From IMG/VR virus record IMGVR_UViG_3300016482_000014, positions 1 to 64,000 of that record: DNA of 64,000 bases. The stretch is one strand, 5' to 3'. The first letter of the stretch is position 1. Each line of letters starts with the position of its first letter. Below are positions 37,720 through 46,508 of the stretch, piece by piece. The notes beneath the pieces are model-generated. The model saw nothing but the letters and a program-made list of their open reading frames with translations, did no database searches and was not told where the DNA came from. The position numbers and the translations under genes were made by a program. This stretch comes from an uncultured virus (IMG/VR IMGVR_UViG_3300016482_000014) (taxonomy: Duplodnaviria > Heunggongvirae > Uroviricota > Caudoviricetes).

Positions 37720-38099
37720 ACGAGACGATAAAAGATATGATTGGTGAGATTGAAAAAAACGACCGCACACGCCGATTAGTAGAAATGAGCATGAACGCAT
37801 ACAACCCCTTACCAATGAACCCCGAAGTCCAACAGGCAATCAAAGAGAAACTCGATGCAGCCAAGGCGAAGGAGCGGCAGGAAGGTGGTGAGCATTACAA
37901 GCAGATGGGTGTGCAGCCGTGGGATGTCATCGACACATGGCCTATCGAGCAACAGATTGGGTACCACCGTGGTAATGTGCTGAAGTACACCATGCGCCTA
38001 GGCAACAAAGACGAGCGACTGCAAGAAGCCAAGAAGATCAGGCACTACGCCGACAAGTTAATTGAAGTACTGGAGAGATCAAATGGCAGCGACCCCTAA
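37716..38099 (+). CDS. DUF3310-like protein
   Basis: QEGGEHYK...QPWDVI...G...GNVLKY..R...K....KI.HY. Confidence 0.75.
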   Translation: MNETIKDMIGEIEKNDRTRRLVEMSMNAYNPLPMNPEVQQAIKEKLDAAKAKERQEGGEHYKQMGVQPWDVIDTWPIEQQIGYHRGNVLKYTMRLGNKDERLQEAKKIRHYADKLIEVLERSNGSDP

Positions 38100-38115
38100 A
38101 ACGTATCCACCATAA
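38083..38115 (+). pseudogene. Probable orphaned 5' end of VRR-NUC gene (MAATPKTYPP*)
   Basis: RBS GGAGAG then 10 codons; MAATP resembles the usual start of this nuclease family. Confidence 0.5.
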
Positions 38116-38160
38116 TTCATGTGTTATACTCCATACAGCAATTTATATTCTGGAGTTAAT

Positions 38161-38793
38161 ATGCGACCAAATCAGCTTGTTGGTATACGGTTTAATCGAT
38201 TAACAGTTGTTGCGGATGGAGGGCGCGACGCAAAGAAAAACGTACTATGGTTGTGCGTCTGTGATTGTGGGGGCAAAGCATTAGCTCCAGCATATGACTT
38301 AAAGGCTGGAAAAGTTAAATCCTGTGGGTGCTTATCTAAAGAAGGTAACCATCGCACACACGGTCACGCCCGTAAAGGTAAGAAGCGGAACCCAACATAC
38401 AGCCTATGGGCAACCATGATTCAAAGGTGCACAAACCCAAACGATAGAAGTTGGGCGGCATATGGTGGCAGAGGTATAGAGGTATGTAAGTCATGGCTTA
38501 CGTTTGAAGGTTTTTACGCTGATATGGGGGATAAGCCAAAGGGGCTTACGCTGGAACGTATCAACGTAGACAAAGGTTACAACAGGAAGAATTGCGTGTG
38601 GGCTACGCAACATGCACAAGCAAGGAATAAACGATCTAATGTGTGGGTGACTATTGATGGCGAATCAAAAATTCTGTCAGATTGGGTAGAGTACATTGGG
38701 GTGACAAAACCAGCGATTTACTACCGTAAACATAAAAAGCAGGAATCATATGAACAAATCGTGCGTTATTTTTTAAATCAACGGAGGGCATGA
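38161..38793 (+). CDS. HNH-type homing endonuclease
   Basis: WLCVCDCG...SCGC...W..M..RC...YGGRGI.VC..W..FE.F..DMG...TLERI.....Y...NC.WAT...Q.RN. Confidence 0.9.
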   Translation: MRPNQLVGIRFNRLTVVADGGRDAKKNVLWLCVCDCGGKALAPAYDLKAGKVKSCGCLSKEGNHRTHGHARKGKKRNPTYSLWATMIQRCTNPNDRSWAAYGGRGIEVCKSWLTFEGFYADMGDKPKGLTLERINVDKGYNRKNCVWATQHAQARNKRSNVWVTIDGESKILSDWVEYIGVTKPAIYYRKHKKQESYEQIVRYFLNQRRA

Positions 38794-39083
38794 TGGCAGA
38801 GACAAAAGAGGGGGCTGTAAAGCGTAAAGTCAAGAAAGCGCTTGATGCGTTCGGTGCGTACTACTTCATGCCGATTGGTGGGCCGTACTCCCGTGCGGGT
38901 GTACCAGATATTGTAGGGTCGTATCGAGGAAAGTTCTTTGCCATCGAGTGTAAGGCTGGCAGGGGCAAACCCACGGCACTACAAGAGAAAGAGATCACAG
39001 CGATCAATGCGTCTGGTGCAAAAGCTATCGTAGTGAATGAAGACAACTTGGACGATGTAGCCAAGTTACTGGAGAGTTTGTGA
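38790..39083 (+). CDS. VRR-NUC nuclease
   Basis: E..VK, GVPDI, AIECKA....T.LQ. Confidence 0.85.
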   Translation: MMAETKEGAVKRKVKKALDAFGAYYFMPIGGPYSRAGVPDIVGSYRGKFFAIECKAGRGKPTALQEKEITAINASGAKAIVVNEDNLDDVAKLLESL

Positions 39084-40963
39084 TGGATTTGATTACGTTT
39101 GATGCCGAGACTTACTACGACCCTGAATACTCCTTGCGCAAATTGACCACCGAGCAGTACATCCGTGACCCACGTTTCGAGATGATTGGTTTTGCGATCA
39201 AGGTCAACGATGGCCCAACCGAGTGGTATACCGGTGACAAAGAGCATCTCGCATGGGTGCTGAGCGCGATTGACTGGAGCCGTGCGGCGCTGCTGTGCCA
39301 AAACACCGCATTTGATGCGGGGATACTATCATTCATCTTCGGGATTCAGCCCAAGCGGATGTTGGACACCATGTCGATGGGACGCGCAGCGCTCGGTGTG
39401 GACGTAAGCGTATCGCTGGAGAACCTAGCCAAGCACTATGGGGTCGGAGTCAAGGGTGATGAGGTGATCCACGCCCAAGGCAAACGCCGCAAGGACTTCA
39501 CGCCAGAAGAACTTGCCCGCTACGGACAGTACTGCATCAACGATGTGGATCTGACATACGAGGTGTATCACCGGATGATACAGAACGGGTTTCCGTTGCC
39601 AGAGTTAAAGCTGATCGACATGACCCTGCGGATGTTCACTGACCCACGACTGCATCTGGACACGGACTTACTGAAACAACATCTACAGGAAGTCAGGGCG
39701 GCGAAGCGGCAGCACTTGGTCAACACCCTTGAGGCAATCGGCAAGCCAGAACTTGCAGCCCTTGCCATGATGGACGGGGAGTCAAGCGAACCCATACAGA
39801 AAGCGTTGCGCTCAAATGACCAGTTTGCTGACCTGTTGGAGTCACTCGGTGTACCTGCCCCGACCAAGATCAGCCAGACGACAGGTAAGAAGACTTGGGC
39901 GTTTGCCAAGACCGATGACGGGTTCAGGGCATTGCAAGAACATCCAGATACGAGAGTACAGGCAGTTGTCGCTGCACGGTTGGGGGTCAAGACCACGCTG
40001 GAAGAGACCCGCACTGAACGGTTCATCGAGATGAGCGCCAGAGGTAAGTTTCCCATCCCGCTGAAATACGCAGGTGCCCGGACATATCGCTGGAGCGGCA
40101 TGGATTCAGTGAACCTTCAGAACCTGCCAAGCCGGGGGGACAATACCCTCAAGCGGGCAATTCAGGCACCGGAGGGGTATGTGATTGTCGGTGCTGACCT
40201 ATCCAACATCGAATTGCGGGTTGGTCTGTGGTTGGCCAAACAGATGGACAAGTTGGCGATACTGGGTGGTGGTGCGGATCTGTATAAGGACTTTGCTGCA
40301 AAGGTGTTCGAGGTGCACTATGCGGAAGTGACTAAAGAGCAGCGGTTCATCGGCAAGACCTCGCAGTTGAGTCTGATCTACGGTGTCGGTGCGGGTAAGC
40401 TGCGCCAAGCCATCAAGATCGGATCCGGCACGGACATTGGTGAGGCAGAATCCAAGCGTATCGTTGACTTGTACCGGCAGCAATACCACTTTGTAAAAAC
40501 ATCTTGGGAGGAAGGTGAGAACGCACTGGAGTGCATCTTACACAACCGCCAGCGAAGCTACGGCAACCGAGGCCTTGTCAAAGTGCACGGCAAGACGGGA
40601 TGCCTCCTGCCGTCAGGGTTGTATTTACGGTACCCAGAACTGCAGCGTATCAAGGAAGATGGCAAACAGAAGTGGGTGTACCAGACTCGCAAGGGGAGGG
40701 AATACCTGTATGGAGCGAAGTTCTTTCAGGGACTGGTGCAGAGCCTAGCCCGCTGTGTGATGGGTGAGCAGATGCTGGCGATCAGCAAGAAGTACCCGAT
40801 CGTGTTGACGGTACATGATGCTGTGTATATCCTAGCGGAGCAAAGCGACGCAGAAGCGGCTATGGATTTCATGCTGAAGGAAATGCGCACACCCCCGGCT
40901 TGGATGCCCGACATACCATTGGATGCAGAAGCGGCTTTTGGATCAACCCTTGCGGACTGTTAA
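39080..40963 (+). CDS. polA: Family A DNA polymerase with 3'-5' exonuclease
   Basis: DAETY exo I; NLQNLP; motif A DLSNIELR; motif B K...L...YG; motif C VHD. Confidence 0.92.
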   Translation: MMDLITFDAETYYDPEYSLRKLTTEQYIRDPRFEMIGFAIKVNDGPTEWYTGDKEHLAWVLSAIDWSRAALLCQNTAFDAGILSFIFGIQPKRMLDTMSMGRAALGVDVSVSLENLAKHYGVGVKGDEVIHAQGKRRKDFTPEELARYGQYCINDVDLTYEVYHRMIQNGFPLPELKLIDMTLRMFTDPRLHLDTDLLKQHLQEVRAAKRQHLVNTLEAIGKPELAALAMMDGESSEPIQKALRSNDQFADLLESLGVPAPTKISQTTGKKTWAFAKTDDGFRALQEHPDTRVQAVVAARLGVKTTLEETRTERFIEMSARGKFPIPLKYAGARTYRWSGMDSVNLQNLPSRGDNTLKRAIQAPEGYVIVGADLSNIELRVGLWLAKQMDKLAILGGGADLYKDFAAKVFEVHYAEVTKEQRFIGKTSQLSLIYGVGAGKLRQAIKIGSGTDIGEAESKRIVDLYRQQYHFVKTSWEEGENALECILHNRQRSYGNRGLVKVHGKTGCLLPSGLYLRYPELQRIKEDGKQKWVYQTRKGREYLYGAKFFQGLVQSLARCVMGEQMLAISKKYPIVLTVHDAVYILAEQSDAEAAMDFMLKEMRTPPAWMPDIPLDAEAAFGSTLADC

Positions 40964-40965
40964 CT

Positions 40966-41154
40966 ATGAGCAACAACCTAGACTATTCACCCCATACCAT
41001 CAAGACTCATCAAGGACTAAAAGCCATGCGGGTCGCGTTATTACACAATGATTTTGATAAAGCACTGGAAGTTGGCAGTGAGGCACTGGTAGAATTAAGG
41101 ATGGCGTTAATTGCCATTCAGGACATGAAAGAGAAGCATTACACGGAGAGATAA
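40966..41154 (+). CDS. Small hypothetical protein
   Basis: 62 aa between polA and nuclease. Confidence 0.55.
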   Translation: MSNNLDYSPHTIKTHQGLKAMRVALLHNDFDKALEVGSEALVELRMALIAIQDMKEKHYTER

Positions 41155-41156
41155 AG

Positions 41157-41825
41157 ATGCCTCAAGTAGCATGGTCGTTTTCTGCCCTCAAGACGTTCCA
41201 ATCCTGCCCCAAGAAGTACTACCACTTGAAGGTGGCCAAGGACGTAAAAGAGCAGCAGTCAGAGATCATGCTGTACGGTATCGATGCGCACAAAGCCGCA
41301 GAGTTGTACATCGCAAACAATCAGGAACTACCCGGAAAGTACGAGTTCATGCGTAAGCAGCTCGACAAACTCAAGGCGCTGGACGGGGATAAATACTGTG
41401 AGTTTAAGTTTGGCTTGACCAAAGAAATGCAACCCTGCGACTTTTTCGGTAGTAACGTTTGGCTGCGGGGAGCAATCGATTTATTGGTTGTGAACACCGA
41501 GAAGGGTATTGCCCGGATGATTGACTACAAGTTCGGCAAGTCAAAAAACGCTGATATGAGCCAATTGCAGTTGATGTCGCTGGCGGTGTTTAAGATGTTC
41601 CCTGAAGTCCAAAAGGTGAAAGCTGGCTTGCTATTCTGCGCAGAGGATAAGATGATGCCCATTCAATATGAGCAATCCAACGCGCCAACTATGTGGATGG
41701 ACTGGTTGCCAGAGGTTGCCAGATTGGAAGCAGCATACGAAAATAACGTGTGGAACCCCAACCCATCGGGGCTGTGCAAAGCGTGGTGCCCGGTGGTATC
41801 CTGTACACATAACGGGAAACGATGA
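41157..41825 (+). CDS. Cas4/RecB-like PD-(D/E)XK exonuclease
   Basis: WS.S....F..CP, G...H, G.IDL, IDYK.GK, C..CPV..C. Confidence 0.85.
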   Translation: MPQVAWSFSALKTFQSCPKKYYHLKVAKDVKEQQSEIMLYGIDAHKAAELYIANNQELPGKYEFMRKQLDKLKALDGDKYCEFKFGLTKEMQPCDFFGSNVWLRGAIDLLVVNTEKGIARMIDYKFGKSKNADMSQLQLMSLAVFKMFPEVQKVKAGLLFCAEDKMMPIQYEQSNAPTMWMDWLPEVARLEAAYENNVWNPNPSGLCKAWCPVVSCTHNGKR

Positions 41826-42094
41826 TGGCTAGAAACTACAAGCGTGAATACGAGCTGTACCACGACACGGAAGAGCAAAAGAAAAACCGTGCCAAGCGTA
41901 ACAACGCCCGTCGTCGTATGGAGCGTGAAGGCAAGGTTAGCAAGGGCGATGGTAAAGATGTAGATCATCGTCAACCACTGTCCAAGGGTGGTGGTAATGG
42001 CAAGAGCAACCTGCGGGTTGTCGATGCCAACAAGAACAGATCGTTTAGTCGTAACCCCGACCGGTCGGTCAAGCGCAATACCCCCAAGAAGTAA
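41822..42094 (+). CDS. Small HNH endonuclease
   Basis: GDGKDVDH..PLSKGG....NLRV.....NRS. Confidence 0.8.
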   Translation: MMARNYKREYELYHDTEEQKKNRAKRNNARRRMEREGKVSKGDGKDVDHRQPLSKGGGNGKSNLRVVDANKNRSFSRNPDRSVKRNTPKK

Positions 42095-42166
42095 TACCGA
42101 CTGGTAGTAGCAGTACCCCGTGCGACCCAAAGACCACTTTTGGGCGTTACGCTATTGGAGAGCAAT

Positions 42167-44650
42167 GTGGAAGTCATCGAGAACAAAGCGCTGAAGATGC
42201 GCCTGCGCAACCCCCACCGGGTGCTGGAAGTCATACCAAAGAGCAAGATCATCGAGCAGTACGAAGATGGCACAAGCGATGTGCTGGTTCACTGGTCGTT
42301 GGAAGCCGCTCAGGTATTGAAAAACTTGCGCATCAAAAACGTGCCATCCCCCATCATGGCCAAGTACAAGTGGCCGGGGACACGAGAGCCGTTCACACAC
42401 CAGAAGCAAACCGCAGCGTTCCTCACCCTCAACCGCCGTGCGTTTGTGTTGTCTGATCCGGGTACCGGGAAAACACTCAGCATGATATGGGCGGCGGACT
42501 ACCTGATGAACATCAAGCAGATCAAACGGGTACTGGTGATCTGCCCAGTGTCGGTGATGAAAGCCGCTTGGGTGAATGATTTGTTTCATGGTGCGATGCA
42601 CCGCACAGTTGCAGTGGCACACGGTACACGCCAACAACGCAAAGACGTGCTGGCAGAGAACACGGAGTTTGTGATTATCAATTTTGATGGTGTCGAGCTT
42701 TTGCTGCCCGAGCTACAGGAAGCTGGGTTTGATATGGTCATCATCGATGAGGCAAACTTCGTCAAGACCGCAACCACAAACCGCTGGAAAGCCATCAACA
42801 AACTGATTCGCCCTGACACATGGCTTTGGATGGCTACGGGTACTCCGGCTTCACAGTCACCGCTTGACGCATACGGGCTGGTCAAAATGATGCACCCGTC
42901 CACCGCCCCAAGATCGTTTGGTATATACCGTGACATGGTGATGAGTAAAGTCACCACATTCAAGTGGGTTCCCAAGCGTGATGCTAACAGCATTGTCAAT
43001 CGGATGCTGCAGCCCGCCATCAGATTTACCAAAGAAGACTGTCTGGATCTGCCAGATATCCTGTACACCACACGCGAAGTACCGTTGACCAAACAGCAGT
43101 GGAAACTCTATGAGCAGTTGCGAAAGAGTATGGCAGCGCAAGTTGCTGGAGAAACCATCAGTGCCGTGAACGCAGCCGTTGGTTTGCAAAAGTTATTGCA
43201 GGTAAGTTGTTTGAGTAGTGACACCCAAGTGTTGACGGACTCGGGATGGAAATATATACTCGATGTTACTACCTGTGATAACTTATGGGATGGTATTGAG
43301 TGGGTGTCACATGGTGGGGTTGTGCACAAAGGAAAGCGGCATACGTTGAATTTATCCGGGGTGCGGATGACCGGAGACCATCAGGTACTTACCGTATCAG
43401 GGTGGCACACTTGCAAGGAGATCATCGATGGGGCGAGTAGCAATAGATTTGAAAGGGCAACGGTTCGGATTCCTGACGGTTTTGGGGCGCAGTGGGTCTA
43501 CGGGACACCGCTGTGCAACATGGCTATGCCTGTGCGACTGTGGGAACAAGGTCGTGAGAAAGAGTCAAAGCCTACGAAGCAAAAATCGCCCATTAGGGAA
43601 CCATTGTGGATGTCAGGCGTTTGCGTACAACCGGGTTCATGGGATGACCCACTCCCGCCCATTCAAAATATGGTCAAGTATGCGGCGTCGGTGTTTAGAC
43701 AAACGGGACAAAGACTACAAAAATTATGGCGCACGGGGGGTAACAGTTTGCGACCGTTGGGTAAACTCATTTACCAATTTTTGGGAGGACATGCAGAGTG
43801 GGTATCGGGATGGGCTTACATTAGATCGGAAGAACAACAACGGGCCATACAACCCAGAAAACTGTTGGTGGGCGACCCCCAAACAGCAAGCAAACAATAC
43901 CCGGACAAATCAAATAATTATGACCCCAAAAGGAGCGATGAATATATCTCAAGCAGCAGAAGCGTATGGGATCAAAATGATTACATTACACGCCCGAGTA
44001 TATCGCTACAAATGGTCAATAGAAAAAGCGTTAACCCACCCAACTGGTCGGAAGATGTCTACGACATAATTAACGCAGGCCCCAGAAACCGCTTCACAGT
44101 TTTAGGAAACGACCGCCCGTTCATAGTACACAACTGTGGCACGGTGTATACGGATGACAAATCCACGGTTGAGCTGGATATCAGCGAACGATTCAAGGTA
44201 CTGGAAGAAGTGATCGACAGCACCGACAACAAGGTGCTGGTGTTTGTCCCGTATACGAATACGTTGGAAGTGTTGCAAGAGAAACTGCTTGCCAAAAAAT
44301 ACACGGTGGATGTGATCTACGGCAAGATCAGTGCTGGCAAACGCGCAGACGTTATCAAGCGATTCCAAGAGCAACCAGACCCGAGGGTGCTGTTGATACA
44401 ACCACAAGCTGCATCACATGGAATCACGCTACACGCTGCAGACACAATCGTGTGGTGGGGGCCGATCATGTCATACGAAACATACGTGCAAGCCAATGCC
44501 CGTATCCATCGCGCAGGACAAAAGAACAAATGCTTGGTGGTTCGACTACAAGGCAGTCCGGTGGAAGAGAAGCGCTACAAGGCGCTCGATACCTGCGAAG
44601 ACACGAACGAAAGTTTGTTGGAGATGTTCAAGCAAGTATTGACAATGTAA
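42167..44650 (+). CDS. SNF2-family helicase interrupted by an intein
   Basis: DPGTGKT, IIDEA, TGTP, HGITL, QA.ARIHR.GQ; GTG start after GGAGAG. Confidence 0.9.
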   Translation: MEVIENKALKMRLRNPHRVLEVIPKSKIIEQYEDGTSDVLVHWSLEAAQVLKNLRIKNVPSPIMAKYKWPGTREPFTHQKQTAAFLTLNRRAFVLSDPGTGKTLSMIWAADYLMNIKQIKRVLVICPVSVMKAAWVNDLFHGAMHRTVAVAHGTRQQRKDVLAENTEFVIINFDGVELLLPELQEAGFDMVIIDEANFVKTATTNRWKAINKLIRPDTWLWMATGTPASQSPLDAYGLVKMMHPSTAPRSFGIYRDMVMSKVTTFKWVPKRDANSIVNRMLQPAIRFTKEDCLDLPDILYTTREVPLTKQQWKLYEQLRKSMAAQVAGETISAVNAAVGLQKLLQVSCLSSDTQVLTDSGWKYILDVTTCDNLWDGIEWVSHGGVVHKGKRHTLNLSGVRMTGDHQVLTVSGWHTCKEIIDGASSNRFERATVRIPDGFGAQWVYGTPLCNMAMPVRLWEQGREKESKPTKQKSPIREPLWMSGVCVQPGSWDDPLPPIQNMVKYAASVFRQTGQRLQKLWRTGGNSLRPLGKLIYQFLGGHAEWVSGWAYIRSEEQQRAIQPRKLLVGDPQTASKQYPDKSNNYDPKRSDEYISSSRSVWDQNDYITRPSISLQMVNRKSVNPPNWSEDVYDIINAGPRNRFTVLGNDRPFIVHNCGTVYTDDKSTVELDISERFKVLEEVIDSTDNKVLVFVPYTNTLEVLQEKLLAKKYTVDVIYGKISAGKRADVIKRFQEQPDPRVLLIQPQAASHGITLHAADTIVWWGPIMSYETYVQANARIHRAGQKNKCLVVRLQGSPVEEKRYKALDTCEDTNESLLEMFKQVLTM
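43208..44134 (+). mobile_element. Intein (309 aa)
   Basis: LLQVS|CLSSDTQVLT..GW (block A), MTGDHQVLT (block B), VYDI (block F), IVHN|C (block G, Cys+1). Confidence 0.93.
43428..44069 (+). CDS. HNH-type homing endonuclease nested in +1 frame inside the intein
   Basis: RBS AAGGAG 43415-20; WLCLCDCG...CGC...W.SM..RC...YGARG..VC.RW...F..DM...TLDR.NN.G.Y.P.NC.WAT...Q.NN. Confidence 0.9.
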   Translation: MGRVAIDLKGQRFGFLTVLGRSGSTGHRCATWLCLCDCGNKVVRKSQSLRSKNRPLGNHCGCQAFAYNRVHGMTHSRPFKIWSSMRRRCLDKRDKDYKNYGARGVTVCDRWVNSFTNFWEDMQSGYRDGLTLDRKNNNGPYNPENCWWATPKQQANNTRTNQIIMTPKGAMNISQAAEAYGIKMITLHARVYRYKWSIEKALTHPTGRKMSTT

Positions 44651-44667
44651 ATATACCGCTTTACAAT
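44639..44667 (+). promoter_or_regulatory. Sigma70 promoter
   Basis: TTGACA-N17-TACAAT. Confidence 0.75.
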
Positions 44668-44689
44668 GTAAGTTCATTAGGAGAGAAAC

Positions 44690-45085
44690 ATGGACGCCAC
44701 AGCAGAGAAGCTAGTCAAAGCCTACGTCAAAATGCGGGACTACCGCGCACAACTGAAGGCTCAGTACGAAGAACAAGATAACACAGTCAAAGAGCAAATG
44801 GAATTGGTAGAGGCCCAGTTGCTCGAGATGTGCAAGACCACTGGCGCAGACAGCCTGCGTACGAAATACGGTACGGCATCACGCACTGTGCAGACAAGAT
44901 ATTGGACAAGCGATTGGGAGGCAATGCACAAATTTATTATGGAACACAACGCACCTGATTTGTTGGAGCGCAGGATTTCCCAGCGTCAGATGCAGGAGTT
45001 CATCAAGGAAAACCCTGATGCCATGCCAGTAGGGTTAAATGTCGATAACCGTTACACCGTGTCCGTTAGAAGGAGCAAAACATGA
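44690..45085 (+). CDS. Conserved replication-module protein
   Basis: N-terminal coiled coil, S.RT..GT, DW......I......LLE.R. Confidence 0.7.
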   Translation: MDATAEKLVKAYVKMRDYRAQLKAQYEEQDNTVKEQMELVEAQLLEMCKTTGADSLRTKYGTASRTVQTRYWTSDWEAMHKFIMEHNAPDLLERRISQRQMQEFIKENPDAMPVGLNVDNRYTVSVRRSKT

Positions 45086-45318
45086 TCACGGAACGCCCGA
45101 TGACCACGGCGCAAATTGCAAAGGCGCTAGGTGTCAGCCGTGCCACCATTCTCGGTGCTGCACGAAAAGAAGTAGACCCCCTGCCCAGTATCAAGATTGG
45201 TGCGCACTACCGGTTTTTCTGGAGTGATGTCGCAAAATTCTTTGGTATCCCAGCAGACAAGCAGTCTGATTTTACCCACAACCCCATCAAGAACTTTACG
45301 GAGAACCACCATGAGTGA
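45082..45318 (+). CDS. Excisionase/MerR-like HTH protein
   Basis: MTT..IAKALGVSRATI......LP.IKIG..YRF. Confidence 0.75.
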   Translation: MITERPMTTAQIAKALGVSRATILGAARKEVDPLPSIKIGAHYRFFWSDVAKFFGIPADKQSDFTHNPIKNFTENHHE

Positions 45319-46198
45319 ATTGACCTTTCTGAAAAAAGACAAACTGCCCGCCTACCTGAAGAACATTCAGCGTGACGACATCACCAAGAGCATGTTGGGA
45401 AGCGGCGGTATTCCACGTATCTCTATCAAGGGTAGCGTGTTCCGCAAAATCGTTGGCGGCGAAGAAGTCATGCGTAACGAAGATCGTGCCATGAACATGG
45501 TCATCCTAAACAGCGCCCCCACGGAATACCGCACGTACTACTCTGGCACGTTCAAGGAAGGCGAGAACAAAGCCCCTGAGTGCTGGTCATCAAATGGCTC
45601 GACCCCGGACGACGCTGTGGAAAACCCACAGAGCAGCAAGTGCGATACGTGTCCGCAGAACATCAAAGGCTCCGGTCAAGGTGACAGCCGTGCCTGCCGT
45701 TACAGCCGTTGGCTTGCTGTGGCACTCGAGAACGATCTTGAGGGTGACATTTTGCAATTGATCCTGCCATCACAATCGGTGTTCGGCAAGGGTGACAAAG
45801 GCAAACTGCCACTGCGCCAGTACGCAAAGTTCCTCGATGCACACGGCCTGCCAATCACCGCAGTGGTTACCGAGATGCGTTTCGATACCGATTCTGCAAC
45901 GCCTAAGCTGACGTTCAAGCCCATCCGTCCGTTGGATGAGGAAGAGTACAACCAGTGCCGTGAGCGTAGCCAGCACCCCGATGCCGTTGAAGCAATCACC
46001 ATGCGGTTTACTCCCAACAAGAAGGAGTCGATCGAAGCTGACGAAGAGTCCGCTGCCGTAGTGAAAGCCGCAGCAGCCATGCACGGAAAGAAAGCCGCTG
46101 CGACAGACGATGAAGAGGAAGCTCCCAAGGTTCGCGGTAAGACCAAGGAAGCCGATGTTAAGTCTGTGCTGGATCAATGGGCTGATGACGACGAGTAA
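45311..46198 (+). CDS. Putative ssDNA-binding protein
   Basis: RISIKG..F, CWS..G, C..CP.N..GS, acidic tail WADDDE. Confidence 0.55.
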   Translation: MSELTFLKKDKLPAYLKNIQRDDITKSMLGSGGIPRISIKGSVFRKIVGGEEVMRNEDRAMNMVILNSAPTEYRTYYSGTFKEGENKAPECWSSNGSTPDDAVENPQSSKCDTCPQNIKGSGQGDSRACRYSRWLAVALENDLEGDILQLILPSQSVFGKGDKGKLPLRQYAKFLDAHGLPITAVVTEMRFDTDSATPKLTFKPIRPLDEEEYNQCRERSQHPDAVEAITMRFTPNKKESIEADEESAAVVKAAAAMHGKKAAATDDEEEAPKVRGKTKEADVKSVLDQWADDDE

Positions 46199-46211
46199 TC
46201 AGTAGCGTCGC

Positions 46212-46237
46212 AGGGGCGGTTCACCCCGCCCCTTTTT
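46212..46237 (+). terminator. Rho-independent terminator
   Basis: AGGGGCGG-loop-CCGCCCCT-TTTT. Confidence 0.8.
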
Positions 46238-46252
46238 CATCTTTTGGAGTCC

Positions 46253-46489
46253 ATGATGCGTGGCTATTCATACGAATTTGTACTTAAAGTGCGCACGTTA
46301 GCCAAGGGCAAACAAGCCCCGGTCGGTGTGCAGTTAGGTTTGAAAGCAGTAGAAATCGGTTTGCCAATTAAGCAGATCGCCGCCAAACTTGGCGTGTCAC
46401 GTATGACCGTTTATGACTGGTTTACTGGGAAGTACCAACCTTCACCGCAGCACCTCAAAAAGCTGACGACATTGGTGGGCAGTAAATAA
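46253..46489 (+). CDS. Cro/XRE-like HTH regulator
   Basis: IKQIAAKLGVSRMTVYDWFTG...P. Confidence 0.8.
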   Translation: MMRGYSYEFVLKVRTLAKGKQAPVGVQLGLKAVEIGLPIKQIAAKLGVSRMTVYDWFTGKYQPSPQHLKKLTTLVGSK

Positions 46490-46508
46490 TCATAGACAGA
46501 GGCATACG

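Noticed and set aside
41157..41825. Cas4-like gene as CRISPR-Cas
   Set aside because: It is a solo nuclease in the replication module, which is common in phages
45082..45318. Excisionase as proof of lysogeny
   Set aside because: No integrase or att site seen; such HTH proteins also occur in lytic phages
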